Shown here piece after piece: positions 17,266 through 28,300 of a stretch of DNA of 64,000 nucleotides (position 1 is the stretch's first letter; each line of letters opens with the position of its first letter). The notes under the pieces were generated by a model. That model made no database searches. It was not told where the DNA came from and was given only the letters and a program-made list of their open reading frames with translations. This DNA comes from a virus (Duplodnaviria; Caudoviricetes), in IMG/VR virus record IMGVR_UViG_3300046366_000047, positions 985 through 64,984 of that record; one strand, written 5' to 3'. Made by a program: the position numbers and the translations under genes.

Positions 17266-20200
17266 TTAACAATCTTTAAGTAATAATTCGCTCTTTATTA
17301 AGTTCCTAGCTATACTAGCAAAGTTACTATGTATTTTTGACATTCGCTTATACTGACCACCATGTTTCTCATCGAATGCAGCAATTGCTTCTTTTCTTCG
17401 TGATGGATTACTAATATTATCTATGTCATTCAGTTCATCAAATGCACTAATGTCGGTTTGACCTTGCATTTCTTCTACTGTAGCACTTAATTCAGTTTTA
17501 GGCATGATGATTTTCTCAATCTCATTAACCAATCCTGGATTAGTACCATCTTCTTTTGCTTGAAGATATAAATCTGCAATAGTACTAGATTCTAGTTCTT
17601 GCTCAGATCCTTTTGCAATCTTAGATGTTTTACCTTTTTTGAGTCCTTTATCAGATGACAAGCTCTCTCCTAGAGTAGCTTTAATTCTATCCATTACCCC
17701 AGGATTATCAAGAGTAGCACTTTCTATTTCAGATGCTATTTGTTCAGCCGTTTTAGGTTTTTCAGTTACTACTGTTTGTTCTGTAGTTGCTCCCGCATTG
17801 GGAACTTCTGTAGTTACTGTTTGTTCTTCTTGAACCACTCCACTAGGGCTAACCTCTTCTTGGCTTGTTTCAGTGATAGATTCGGTTTGCTGAGGTTTTT
17901 GCCCTTCTCCGACTTCACTTGGTACCCCTTGCTTGTTTTCTTTATCATTTCCTTCTGCTTTCTTTTTATTTTCTTGCTCCTCTAACTTATCATCAGCATA
18001 TTCTTCTGTAGCATTTTGTGCTGTATGAATGTCTGACTGAAGAGAGGATAATAAATCATCAACTTGTCTTCTTTTGCCTTCAGGAAGATTCTCGTACACA
18101 TCTTTAGCTTTGTTACCTTGGACAACACCAAATGCAGTACCTAGGATGAATGATGCTATTACGAATTCTTGAACCTTGTCAAATGTACCAAATGATTTAT
18201 TGGCATTATCCATTAGCTCTCTAAAGTTATTTGATTGACTATAGATACTACCAAGTTCTTCACCTGTCTCCTGAGCAGTTTCACCAATACCACGAGATGC
18301 AAGTCTACCTGTTTTCTTAAGTGCATTTACAGCCATACTTGTTTTATCTCCAAATATCGCTTGCATGTAATTAATGACTTGGGTTTTTTCCATTTTACCC
18401 AATGCGGCAGCAAATGCCTCTCCAAATACCCCTCCTACTAATCCATTAGCCCAGTCTAATTCATCTTTGGCTGACTGAACAACAGTTCCTCCAATCTCAA
18501 AATTAATACCCTCATTGATTGCAGGCTTCAAGAATCTACCGAACTTAGTAAGGCCTAATACTTCGTTGTATGTATTCTGAATACCGTTAGCTAGTTTTGT
18601 TACTTGGGCAATATCTTTAGCCCCTGTAATTAATTTCTCTGCTGTGGCTAAACTTTTTAAAGCTGCGCCTGGCAATTCAGATGTCGCCATCAATATACCC
18701 ATGAACGCAACTGATGTACCCGTCATCTTACCAAAAGATTCTTTACTCCAGAAATCTACAGTTTGTCTATCTTGTATTTTCTTAAGTGTTTCAGGAGTAG
18801 CAAAATCACTTGTATTAAATCCTTGTTCTTTTATTACTTCTAATGTTTTTTGGGCTTTTTCAGTTTCTAATTGATATCCATCTGCAGCAGACATAGTCGG
18901 CATAAGCATATTGGAGAATCCATTTACGAATGACTCCCAGAATCCTGCTGAATCAGATGTAAACCCATTATCATTATTATAATATAGGGACTTTAATGAA
19001 TTAAGAGTAGCCTTATTCTTAAGGTATTCTCTCTCTGCACTATTCAATGAATAAAATCCTTTCCAATCTAATATATCCTTGGTTCTCATTGCTATAAGAT
19101 CCAATCCGCTATAATTAATATCGTTATCAATAGCAAGTTGCTTATTTTTTTCTTGAAGATTCTGATAGAATAAATCAAACTTTTGCTTTGGACCTAATCC
19201 TTTTGGCACTGAGTTAAATGATGATTTAGCCGATTCTGTAATGGTTCCTGCTACAGATTGAGCTACTTTCTTCGGCTCAGTCAAGAATACGGTATTGCTG
19301 CTTAATTGCTTATCCTCTATTAACTTGTCAAGATAGGATAATTTATTCTTCTCAGTCTCTAGCATCTGCTGAGTCTTCTTGTATAGCTCAGGGTTTGATC
19401 TTACTTCGGCTGAATTTAATTGACTTTTTAATCTAGCAATATTTGATTCAGTTACTTTCTTCTGACCCTTATTGCCTTCAATCTCCTCTCTTACCTCTGC
19501 GTATCTTTGTGATTGAACCTTTTCGTATTCCTCTAGGTACCCATTTAATTTAGATTCAATATATTGACGCTCTCTTAACGAAACTCTGTCTGTAAATGAA
19601 TAGGCTCCAGTATTTTTGTCAATATTAATCTTTCCGGCATCAGCATTCTCTAAAATGAAATTAGTCATATTGGATAATGACTTAAACATTTCTGCTCCAA
19701 TTCTGTCAGATTCAGTAGATGCTTTAAGGTCATAGTCTTGCTCAAATGATTTTTGTTTCTTTTCAAAATTCAATCTGTCAATACTAACTCCTGCAGAATA
19801 CGCTTCGTTAACTACTTCGTTAACTTTCATTGAATCATTGAAGAATTGTTCTCCACTTTTCAATAGCTCAGCTACCTTCTTTGCTTTGATGTCAGTATAT
19901 TCTCCGTCACCAATAATTTCTTTTATATCTTTCTGTAAATTAACAAGATTGTCTTTTTGATCATTTGTCAATTTATCTTTTACTTGAGCGTATATTGGAG
20001 TATCAATAAAATTTACAGCATCATCAAAAGATGATTTTAAGTATGTTGCTTTTTGATCAACCTCAGCTATCTTATCCCACTTTGCATTTGCATTTAGAGC
20101 TTGAACTGCATTCTGATTCTCAATAACTAATGCAGGCTTACCTGTTTCAAGGCCCTTTACTACAGACTTCAGAGATGGAGTAGTAGTGAGATTTACTAAT

Positions 20201-21447
20201 GAGTCAATTCTAGGAATAGCCCTAGCTTCAAGTACTTTTTCTCTAGCAGGTATATTATCTCCTGTTAATGGTTTAAATTCCTTACCTGTCTTTGTGATAT
20301 CTACGTACCACTCTCCTTTTTCTTTCTTGAATATCGCATCATCTCGATCTGGGAATGTGTAATATCCATCATTCCTTCCTTCTTCGGATTTCTTAATCAA
20401 TACTTGAGCCGCAGGACTTGCCTCTGCCACATCGGGATTGTAATTAAAGTTTACAGTTCCATCTTTATTATATCGATCAGCACTAGTGCCTACGTTCGGC
20501 TTTGTTAAGTCTCTATATGTTATATTTTTAGAAACAGTTTTGTTTCCGCCCATAGTAACGTCTGAATTTGCAACCTGTGCTTTTACGTTACCAATTGTAG
20601 GTTTAACTACAGATTCTACTGTAGATAATGTTTTTGATGGGGCTAATTCAGCTTGACTCTCTAATACAGCATATCTTTTCTTTACATCGCCCTTATCTAT
20701 CTTGAAATAAGTCTTTCCTTCATCAAGAGATTTATACCATGCATCTCCGTCCTTCTTGAATACCGCTTCTGGCTGCCATGATAATTTATAGATACCATCT
20801 TTCTTTGGTTTCTTAGGCTTATCTCCATCTCCCTCGCCATCATCTCCCTTGGGCTTATTAAACAATATTTTACTATGCTTAAGTTTAATTGGAGTGTCCT
20901 TGTATTCTTGCTCTATTGCTTGCTCTTCTGCTTTTGCGTCTATTACAGTTGGATTGATAATTGTCTCTCCATCAGCGGTAGTTCCTGCATTATCCTCTTC
21001 ATATTCAAATTTATCATTTGCATCTGGAGCAGGTTGATCCATTGGATTTGGAACAGATGGATTTACGATAATTTCACCATCTGAAGTTTCACTATGGAAA
21101 TCAGCATCCATAACAGGAGCCTCTGCTGTCTCAGCAACTACTTCGGTATTAGGTTTTTTAATATCAATCTCTTGAGTAGTAGCGTATTCAGGTAATTCAA
21201 CCCCTGCATCTTGCAATCCTAATTCTTCATATGGATTTACTTGTGGAGCTTGAGACTGTTCTTGTGGAGCTTGAGGCTCTACAGGTTGCTGATTAACAAG
21301 AGGTTGCTGCGTCTGTGCTTGAGGCTGCTCTTGTGTTTGAACAGGTATGTCTACATTAAATTGTTGTGCATCTACAGGAGTATTTGGTGCAGCCTGAATA
21401 GTTTCACCCTCGCCACCAGTTTGTGTAGACATAAAATCTCTAGCCAT
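17266..21447 (-). CDS. Large internal virion (cargo/ejection) protein
   Basis: 1393 aa; Q/P/E-rich disordered N-terminus, duplicated ~50 aa module, Gly/Ala-rich membrane-like segment. Confidence 0.65.
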   Translation of the reverse strand: MARDFMSTQTGGEGETIQAAPNTPVDAQQFNVDIPVQTQEQPQAQTQQPLVNQQPVEPQAPQEQSQAPQVNPYEELGLQDAGVELPEYATTQEIDIKKPNTEVVAETAEAPVMDADFHSETSDGEIIVNPSVPNPMDQPAPDANDKFEYEEDNAGTTADGETIINPTVIDAKAEEQAIEQEYKDTPIKLKHSKILFNKPKGDDGEGDGDKPKKPKKDGIYKLSWQPEAVFKKDGDAWYKSLDEGKTYFKIDKGDVKKRYAVLESQAELAPSKTLSTVESVVKPTIGNVKAQVANSDVTMGGNKTVSKNITYRDLTKPNVGTSADRYNKDGTVNFNYNPDVAEASPAAQVLIKKSEEGRNDGYYTFPDRDDAIFKKEKGEWYVDITKTGKEFKPLTGDNIPAREKVLEARAIPRIDSLVNLTTTPSLKSVVKGLETGKPALVIENQNAVQALNANAKWDKIAEVDQKATYLKSSFDDAVNFIDTPIYAQVKDKLTNDQKDNLVNLQKDIKEIIGDGEYTDIKAKKVAELLKSGEQFFNDSMKVNEVVNEAYSAGVSIDRLNFEKKQKSFEQDYDLKASTESDRIGAEMFKSLSNMTNFILENADAGKINIDKNTGAYSFTDRVSLRERQYIESKLNGYLEEYEKVQSQRYAEVREEIEGNKGQKKVTESNIARLKSQLNSAEVRSNPELYKKTQQMLETEKNKLSYLDKLIEDKQLSSNTVFLTEPKKVAQSVAGTITESAKSSFNSVPKGLGPKQKFDLFYQNLQEKNKQLAIDNDINYSGLDLIAMRTKDILDWKGFYSLNSAEREYLKNKATLNSLKSLYYNNDNGFTSDSAGFWESFVNGFSNMLMPTMSAADGYQLETEKAQKTLEVIKEQGFNTSDFATPETLKKIQDRQTVDFWSKESFGKMTGTSVAFMGILMATSELPGAALKSLATAEKLITGAKDIAQVTKLANGIQNTYNEVLGLTKFGRFLKPAINEGINFEIGGTVVQSAKDELDWANGLVGGVFGEAFAAALGKMEKTQVINYMQAIFGDKTSMAVNALKKTGRLASRGIGETAQETGEELGSIYSQSNNFRELMDNANKSFGTFDKVQEFVIASFILGTAFGVVQGNKAKDVYENLPEGKRRQVDDLLSSLQSDIHTAQNATEEYADDKLEEQENKKKAEGNDKENKQGVPSEVGEGQKPQQTESITETSQEEVSPSGVVQEEQTVTTEVPNAGATTEQTVVTEKPKTAEQIASEIESATLDNPGVMDRIKATLGESLSSDKGLKKGKTSKIAKGSEQELESSTIADLYLQAKEDGTNPGLVNEIEKIIMPKTELSATVEEMQGQTDISAFDELNDIDNISNPSRRKEAIAAFDEKHGGQYKRMSKIHSNFASIARNLIKSELLLKDC

Positions 21448-21464
21448 AAATAATTATTTAATTA

Positions 21465-21472
21465 CAAATATA
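21465..21472 (-). promoter_or_regulatory. Bacteroidota -7 promoter box
   Basis: TATATTTG on the - strand upstream of 21447. Confidence 0.55.
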
Positions 21473-21490
21473 ATGAAACTAAGCGCATTA

Positions 21491-24400
21491 TCATTGTGGG
21501 GTTGACATATTAAAGCCACCTGACTCGCCTGAACCAAATGATGTATCTGGATTTCCTTGCGCTTCTGCTGCTTGGTTTACTTTGTATCCAGATTGCTGAT
21601 CTTTGTATTGTTGACCAGCTGAGTCATCGATAATAATCCACTCTCCCTTAATTTTACCCGGAAGCAACTCCTCAACATAATCAGCTTGAACGCCAATAGC
21701 TTTAGTGTTTGGAGTTCTTGAGTATGGTTGCTCAATATCTCTAGCCATTGTATGTTTGCGATTACTTTTGTTGTACTCATCAACATTATTTTCATTCAAG
21801 AACTGAAATTTATTATTTGAATCATAATAACCTTTAGCTAGTTCGTGAGATACAACTTTAGTAAATATACTAGATGAAGCTTTACCATAATTCTCTAATT
21901 GCGCGCGAGTCATTGGAGATCTTTTATTCCCTTCATCTACCGTGGATACCGTTACGCCTTTTTTGTCTTTGTATTTTGCAAGCTGAACAGGAGTTAAGGA
22001 TTTAACTTCTTCATAATATTTGCCATCTTTTTTATATTTTATAGCTACATCAATAGTTCTTTGTGCTTTATTGCCAACGTAAATAGGTTTAGCAGTTATG
22101 TCTTTAGCTAATACTCCTGTAGCAGGTATGCTTGAATACCAAGTTCCATTTTTATTTTTCTGAACTGATCCATAAGAATATTGTTGCCAAACATTTCCAA
22201 TGGCCTTATTAAGAGCTTCACCTGTTAATCCTTTACTTTTTAAATCAGCAATTTCTTGATTAAATGTTTTTCCTGTTTGCTTATTTACAGCATCGTTAAG
22301 ATTAGCATTAATAGTTCCAAAATAAGATTCTTTATCAGATTGTTTTTGATATTCAAATTTATCTCTATCTAAATCCAACCTCATAGCACCAAGATTTCCT
22401 GTTGCTACAAATTTATTTTCTAATTCAACTTGCTTTTGTAATTGACCAGCAACATAATTCATAGCAGCATCTTTTTGTTGTGCGCTATATTTTGTTGATC
22501 CTACTAAACCATCAATAATCTGCTCGTAATTTCCAGTAAAGAATTTCTTGAATCCACTAATATACTCATCCTGTTCTAATGTGCCTCCACTAAGTTTCTG
22601 CATGAATTGATTTCTCTCTTCAACAAACTTAGGCTCATTATAAACTCCTCCAGTGCGCATATTAATAGGTAATCTACCCACTCTATTAGGATCCAATACT
22701 TCTTTAAGTACTTTATCTACTTGAGGTATTATATTTTGATATACCTGTGCCTTAGCAAAAAGCGGGGCTAAATCTTTTTTACCCGTAAGTACTCCATCGA
22801 TATCATCAACAAGAGCCCTCTTAATGTCTAAAGCATTTTTAACTTGTTCTGGATCAATGAACTTAGTATCATCAGCAGCGTCTTCCAATACACTACTAGC
22901 ATATGCATCATATCCATTAACATTCTTAGCTACAGCCTCTAACCTTGAAAATTCTCTTCTTGATTCAGGATCTGCTAAAAATGCATTTACATTTCCGCCA
23001 TGTTTCTTATATAGTAGGTTATCCATCGCATCATTGACAGTCTCATTAAACTTAGGCTTAAACTGAGAGGCAATATCTATACCTGAATAATATTTATCTA
23101 ATGCAGCGTTCTTTACTTTAGCTGCATCTTTTAATGCTCTTTTTCTAGCATCATAAAGTCCTTGAGGTAATAATCCGCCTGCTCCTGAATAAACAGTTTG
23201 ACTACCAATTCTACTTCCTGTAAATGTCCCTACAGCTATATCTCTACCAATCTCAGGGTAATAATCTTGTACACCTAGTCTATCAACTACAGCTTCTGGA
23301 ATAGAAGAGTCAAGGTCTTGATACTGCTTTGCAATATCTTTCTCTACCTGATCTTTAGTTGCCACGGAAGAATATGCAGGTCTAGTTTGATTTGCGTTAA
23401 TACCTCCCATTACACCAGCTGTAACAGGGGCAACAGGAATAGAGCCTTGATTTAATTGAGGCTCACTAGTTGCTTGATTAGCTAATTGCGTTGAAATAGC
23501 CTCAGTTGATTGTTGATTGTTAGGTTGTAAAGCAGACTCTATATACTGGCCATTACCAGTTTTTATAACTTGTCCTGTACCTGCATCTATAGTAACAGCA
23601 TTTCCCCCTAATAATGGTGGCTCCTCTTCTTCAAGTGCTTTTACCGTATTAACAGTATTTACATCAAGTTGAGTTTGTAATTTCTCAGCTTCTTTCTTAG
23701 CTTCTTCTGCTACTTTCGGTGCTTCAAATACTTGTCCTGCTGTTTCAGCGTTATCAATACCTGCTTTAAGTACAGCATTTTGTGTTTCTTGAGCTGCTGT
23801 ATTTGACTGAATAGCATTGTTTAATGCTACTCCTGGAGCAGGAGCGACATATTCAGCTGAACCTGTTTTAGTTACTTGTCCTGTACCTGCATCAATGGTT
23901 GTAACATTCTCTTCCATTTCTTTCTGCTTTCTGTCTAATACACGTTGATTAAACTCGGCTTCATCAAATGGTTTATCAGTTTTTGATACTACTTCAGCAG
24001 CTTTAGATCCATCACCTGCTACTTTATTTTGTTGTTTACCCATATCTTCATTAGGTTTGCTTTCATTAGCTGGAAATATATTCTCATCTCCTTTTCTTGC
24101 AGGTCTTGAATATTCTTCTTTAGGCTTGTTCATGACTTCAGCTACTTTACTGCCTTCACTAGTATTATTTTTATCCCAATCCCTATATCCCTTTCCAGTT
24201 GGATTATTTAGTGAGGGCTGATCATGACTGGGAATACTTCCTACTCCTTTTCTTGCGGCCATTGCATTTCGATAAATTCCAGAACTTTCATTCCAAAATT
24301 CATTACCTTTAATTGCTCCATTAGTAGCAGTATATTGAGTCCATGGAGCTACTTGTTTTTTTTCTCCTGATTTTGTTTTATTTGCTTGATCTTCTTGCTT

Positions 24401-24628
24401 CCATTGCGGTACAATTCTATAATCGCTATATGAATTATTTGCTCCGTCATATTCCTCAAAAACTTCTCCAGGCGAATTATCATACTCCTCATCACTTACA
24501 GTTCTAGGAATTCTAAGGCCCATGTCGAATACTTTCTGTTCATCAGATCTAGTATCTACAGGTGCTTCTTTTTTCTTTATAGGATCAGCTACTACCTCAG
24601 CAATTTTTTTTCTTCTAGTCTTAGCCAT
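21491..24628 (-). CDS. Internal virion (cargo/ejection) protein
   Basis: 1045 aa; low-complexity N-half with repeated TIDAGTGQV.KTG. Confidence 0.6.
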   Translation of the reverse strand: MAKTRRKKIAEVVADPIKKKEAPVDTRSDEQKVFDMGLRIPRTVSDEEYDNSPGEVFEEYDGANNSYSDYRIVPQWKQEDQANKTKSGEKKQVAPWTQYTATNGAIKGNEFWNESSGIYRNAMAARKGVGSIPSHDQPSLNNPTGKGYRDWDKNNTSEGSKVAEVMNKPKEEYSRPARKGDENIFPANESKPNEDMGKQQNKVAGDGSKAAEVVSKTDKPFDEAEFNQRVLDRKQKEMEENVTTIDAGTGQVTKTGSAEYVAPAPGVALNNAIQSNTAAQETQNAVLKAGIDNAETAGQVFEAPKVAEEAKKEAEKLQTQLDVNTVNTVKALEEEEPPLLGGNAVTIDAGTGQVIKTGNGQYIESALQPNNQQSTEAISTQLANQATSEPQLNQGSIPVAPVTAGVMGGINANQTRPAYSSVATKDQVEKDIAKQYQDLDSSIPEAVVDRLGVQDYYPEIGRDIAVGTFTGSRIGSQTVYSGAGGLLPQGLYDARKRALKDAAKVKNAALDKYYSGIDIASQFKPKFNETVNDAMDNLLYKKHGGNVNAFLADPESRREFSRLEAVAKNVNGYDAYASSVLEDAADDTKFIDPEQVKNALDIKRALVDDIDGVLTGKKDLAPLFAKAQVYQNIIPQVDKVLKEVLDPNRVGRLPINMRTGGVYNEPKFVEERNQFMQKLSGGTLEQDEYISGFKKFFTGNYEQIIDGLVGSTKYSAQQKDAAMNYVAGQLQKQVELENKFVATGNLGAMRLDLDRDKFEYQKQSDKESYFGTINANLNDAVNKQTGKTFNQEIADLKSKGLTGEALNKAIGNVWQQYSYGSVQKNKNGTWYSSIPATGVLAKDITAKPIYVGNKAQRTIDVAIKYKKDGKYYEEVKSLTPVQLAKYKDKKGVTVSTVDEGNKRSPMTRAQLENYGKASSSIFTKVVSHELAKGYYDSNNKFQFLNENNVDEYNKSNRKHTMARDIEQPYSRTPNTKAIGVQADYVEELLPGKIKGEWIIIDDSAGQQYKDQQSGYKVNQAAEAQGNPDTSFGSGESGGFNMSTPQ

Positions 24629-24630
24629 AA

Positions 24631-25314
24631 TTATTTTCCTAATCCCATTATACTCATTAGTGATGCCCCTTGTTGAGCAAATGCAGGTGTTGTTGCTGTA
24701 GTTGCAGTTGCTGATGTTGGATCATTTTTAAGAACTCCTAAGCCCATTCCTTTTTTCTTTTGAGCAGGAGTGCCAAGTCCTTGACCTCCACCAACAGTAG
24801 CTAATAAATTCTGAGTTCCTGCTTTCATTTGATTCTCAGCCTGAGCAGATAATCTACTTGATCTAAGTAATGCTAAGTCATTAGATAAGTTAGCCATATC
24901 ACCTACTTGCTTTTGCTCCATGCCTAATACTTGATTCAATTGCTGACCATTTGCGGCAGCTAAGTTACCTGCAGCATTCTGCATTAATTGATTGTATTGA
25001 CCGAAGTTAACAGGACCACCTGCTCTCATAGCTCCAGTTTGATAACCTTTCGCCATTTGACGCATAGCAGCTGTATTAGCTGAATCAGCAGTACCTGTTT
25101 GTAAAGCTTGTCTTCTACGTCTAATTGTATTGAGCATCTGACGCTCCATTGGATTCTCAGACATTGGAATTGCAGCATCTGCTTTCTTTCTATTGATGGC
25201 TCCTGCAATCATCTGGCCTCCTGCCATTGCTAGTTTAGCTCCTTGTCCTGACATTTCACCTGCCTTATCCATTATCTGCGGAGCCATACTCATTAACATT
25301 CCTAATCCTGGCAT
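24631..25314 (-). CDS. Ejection/pilot-type protein
   Basis: Gly/Ala/Met/Gln-rich, typical of podoviral DNA-entry proteins; follows the muzzle gene. Confidence 0.6.
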   Translation of the reverse strand: MPGLGMLMSMAPQIMDKAGEMSGQGAKLAMAGGQMIAGAINRKKADAAIPMSENPMERQMLNTIRRRRQALQTGTADSANTAAMRQMAKGYQTGAMRAGGPVNFGQYNQLMQNAAGNLAAANGQQLNQVLGMEQKQVGDMANLSNDLALLRSSRLSAQAENQMKAGTQNLLATVGGGQGLGTPAQKKKGMGLGVLKNDPTSATATTATTPAFAQQGASLMSIMGLGK

Positions 25315-25328
25315 AATATTTATTTTTT

Positions 25329-25336
25329 CAAATTTA
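25329..25336 (-). promoter_or_regulatory. Bacteroidota -7 promoter box
   Basis: TAAATTTG on the - strand upstream of 25314. Confidence 0.55.
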
Positions 25337-25340
25337 ACAA

Positions 25341-28300
25341 TTATTTTAATGCTTTGTATTGTACAGCAGTAGATGTAACTAGAAATTCCTCATCTAATGT
25401 GTTTACAATCTTAAAGATGACTACACGACCTTGATTTCTTTCGTAAGGCGCAGTTAATGAACGAGGTATATAACATTCATAACCGAAGTAGTTTTTAATA
25501 CTCAAAGGCACGGCATTTGCGTCAACTACTGAATCAAATGTATCCGACTTATAATCAGCAAATGATTTATAGAAGTATATCTTCTCAGGCTTGCTATTTG
25601 AGTTAACTCTGATTCTAATGAACTCTTTATCAGCAATAATATCTTTATCAGATACACCTGTCAAGTAACACTCCATATCAACACCATCAATCTGATTTCC
25701 AACACCTAATTGATATGTGCCGGAACCTTTCATTCCAAATAAGAAGTTCTTATAGTACAAATACTTATCGTAGTTGTATGAACTTTGACATTGTAATGCT
25801 GTCTGTTGTACACCGTAGATTAATGTGCTAAACTCAGGATCATCTCCTTTTGTAGCTACATTCATAATGTATTCTTTTGTCAATACATTGAATCCACCCG
25901 ATACTTTAGACTCATAACCTTCACCAATCAACTGATTGTATTTACGATTAAGTAATTCAAAGAATCCTGTTCTTGCAATTTCATTCAATTGGTTGTCAGA
26001 GAATGTATAAGCAGAGATACCATTAGCAAAGAAGATTGCATTTGAATACTCAGCCCAACTTCTCCATGTCTCATCCGACATCCCAATAGTCTTATCTATC
26101 CAAAGTTGATTCAATATGCCACCTATATCTGATCCAACAGTTGCTAACTCATTAGCGTTAATCTCATGGATAACACGCTTATCAACAAGTAACAAACAAA
26201 TTCCGCTATCTGTAAATGCATAAAGGTTATTTCCTTTGTCATTCGATAATGCACTCCATCCAAACTTAATCTCACCTGTATCATCGGAGATATCAAAGTA
26301 GTTATTTGAAGGGAATGTTTTTACAGATGGTGTGTTCTGAACATTCATAGGTCTTTTCAATGACCATACGATACGTGTACAGAAGTCTGTCTGCTCTTCA
26401 AATCCTACACTTGGAATAGTAGTAAATGTATTAGTTGTCTGAGTCTTAGAGTAATCAAGATTAGTCTGTAACTCATTCATTGTAAATCTAAATCCTCCCT
26501 TGTCCCATAGATTCCATTCGTATCCATAGTCATCAAAGTATTCAGGTTTTAAATGATTATCTGATTCAAATTGAGTCCTGTCACCAGGATCACTTGTATT
26601 CCACTTATCAGGTCTTGGTATATAATTAATCAATGGGTAATATTGATCGCTTACAGCCTTATCAGGTTGCTCAACATTCCAAGCAAATGACAAATTGATT
26701 CTTGTCTCAGCTGTCCATACAGTAACTAACTGACGGATAAATGATGAATGCGTACCAATGCTATCACAGAATTCAAACTGCTCATTGAAATTATATTGCC
26801 ATGTATCCGTATTCTCCCACATTGGATACGTATCTGCGTACTCATATGTCTTTAATGGGAATGGAGCATTCATCTTAAACTCATTGTCTGGGAATAACCA
26901 TCCTCCATCTGTTCCTGAAGGCTCTCCAAGATTATTGTAATTGTTATCAATAGGAGCCCAAATAGATTCATTAATGTAAGTATCTCCCCCGAATACACGA
27001 ACAGGAATACGATTGTCATACTGAACGTATACTTTAGATCCTGCTGGTACTACTGAAAATGCTGTATAACCTACTATGTTATTGAAGTTTAGAGTGAATA
27101 CTCTACAAACTCCATCACTATCACCTGGTGTTTCTGTACTTGTATATACACCATAAATAGGAAATCCATTGGTTAATGTAGCATTGCTATAGGGAACACC
27201 TGCTGCTAATCCTGTTAATACAGTTGTTAAATCACCACCACTAAAAAATTGAACATTCATCCATCTACGAGATATACCATTAGCATCCTCTACGTAAACA
27301 AATCTTTTAATACTTGTATAAGCAGGAGATGTTTGCCCTGTAATTTGAGGTATACAATCTTCCCATCTTTCAGAAACTAATACAGCACTCTGAGTATTAG
27401 ATCCATTTGATTCAAGAACTAATGACTTGAATTTAATGAAGTTAGCTCCATATTTATATTGAGTAGTAAGCCCAGGATTAATGTCAGTATTCTTGATGAT
27501 ATTCAATACATACATTGGCTCTCTCCACTCCATAACGCCTTCTACATCTGCGTTCTTACTTGTATTTGGAGGAGTATTCATTCCTGACCTATTATAAATA
27601 GCCCCAAGTCCAGCATCATTAACTCTTACTTTGAAATAACTTTGTCTAGTAGAATTAGTAGTTACTTCATCAAATTCCAATATAGGAAATTGTTTATTTC
27701 CACTTCCATTACTTGGATATGCAGGGGAGCTACCCGTAGTATAATTTGTATATCTTCCGTAAGCTACGTATCTATAATTTAATAATGGGAAAGTAGCATC
27801 ATTAATACCTGATTGATTTGCAATAACAGGATTAATAGGAGTCAAATCTCTATCTCTTAGGATTCGAGCATACGTAATCATATCAGCAGATTTCCTTCTC
27901 TGAGATAATCCATCATTTCTACTACTATAAACCTCAGTAAAATAACCTAACGGAGATACTAATTGTAATTTATATGCAGTAGGATTATTAATAATATCAT
28001 TTGCAATATCAGGATATAGCAATTCTAAATCAGGGAAGTATGCCCAAAAAGTATCTACATCTTTCTGAGTATCATCACCAAATACACCTTCAGCAGGTTT
28101 TAACGAATAGAATCCAAGTCCTTGAGCAATAACTTGTTGAGCAGGATCAGTCTGAACTACAGAAAATCCATCAGCCCAAGATGGCCAAGAGTTAATTCCT
28201 TTAAAACCAAATCCTTGAGAGTAATAATTTAAACCAAATCCATCAGGAGTATAATCTTGCCAAGTAGGAGCTATACCAGAATTAGCAGCTACCCTAGAGT

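Noticed and set aside
13139-24628. Virion RNA polymerase among the large cargo proteins
   Set aside because: No DxDxD catalytic motif or other polymerase signature recognised by eye; a remote homologue cannot be fully excluded without profile searches.
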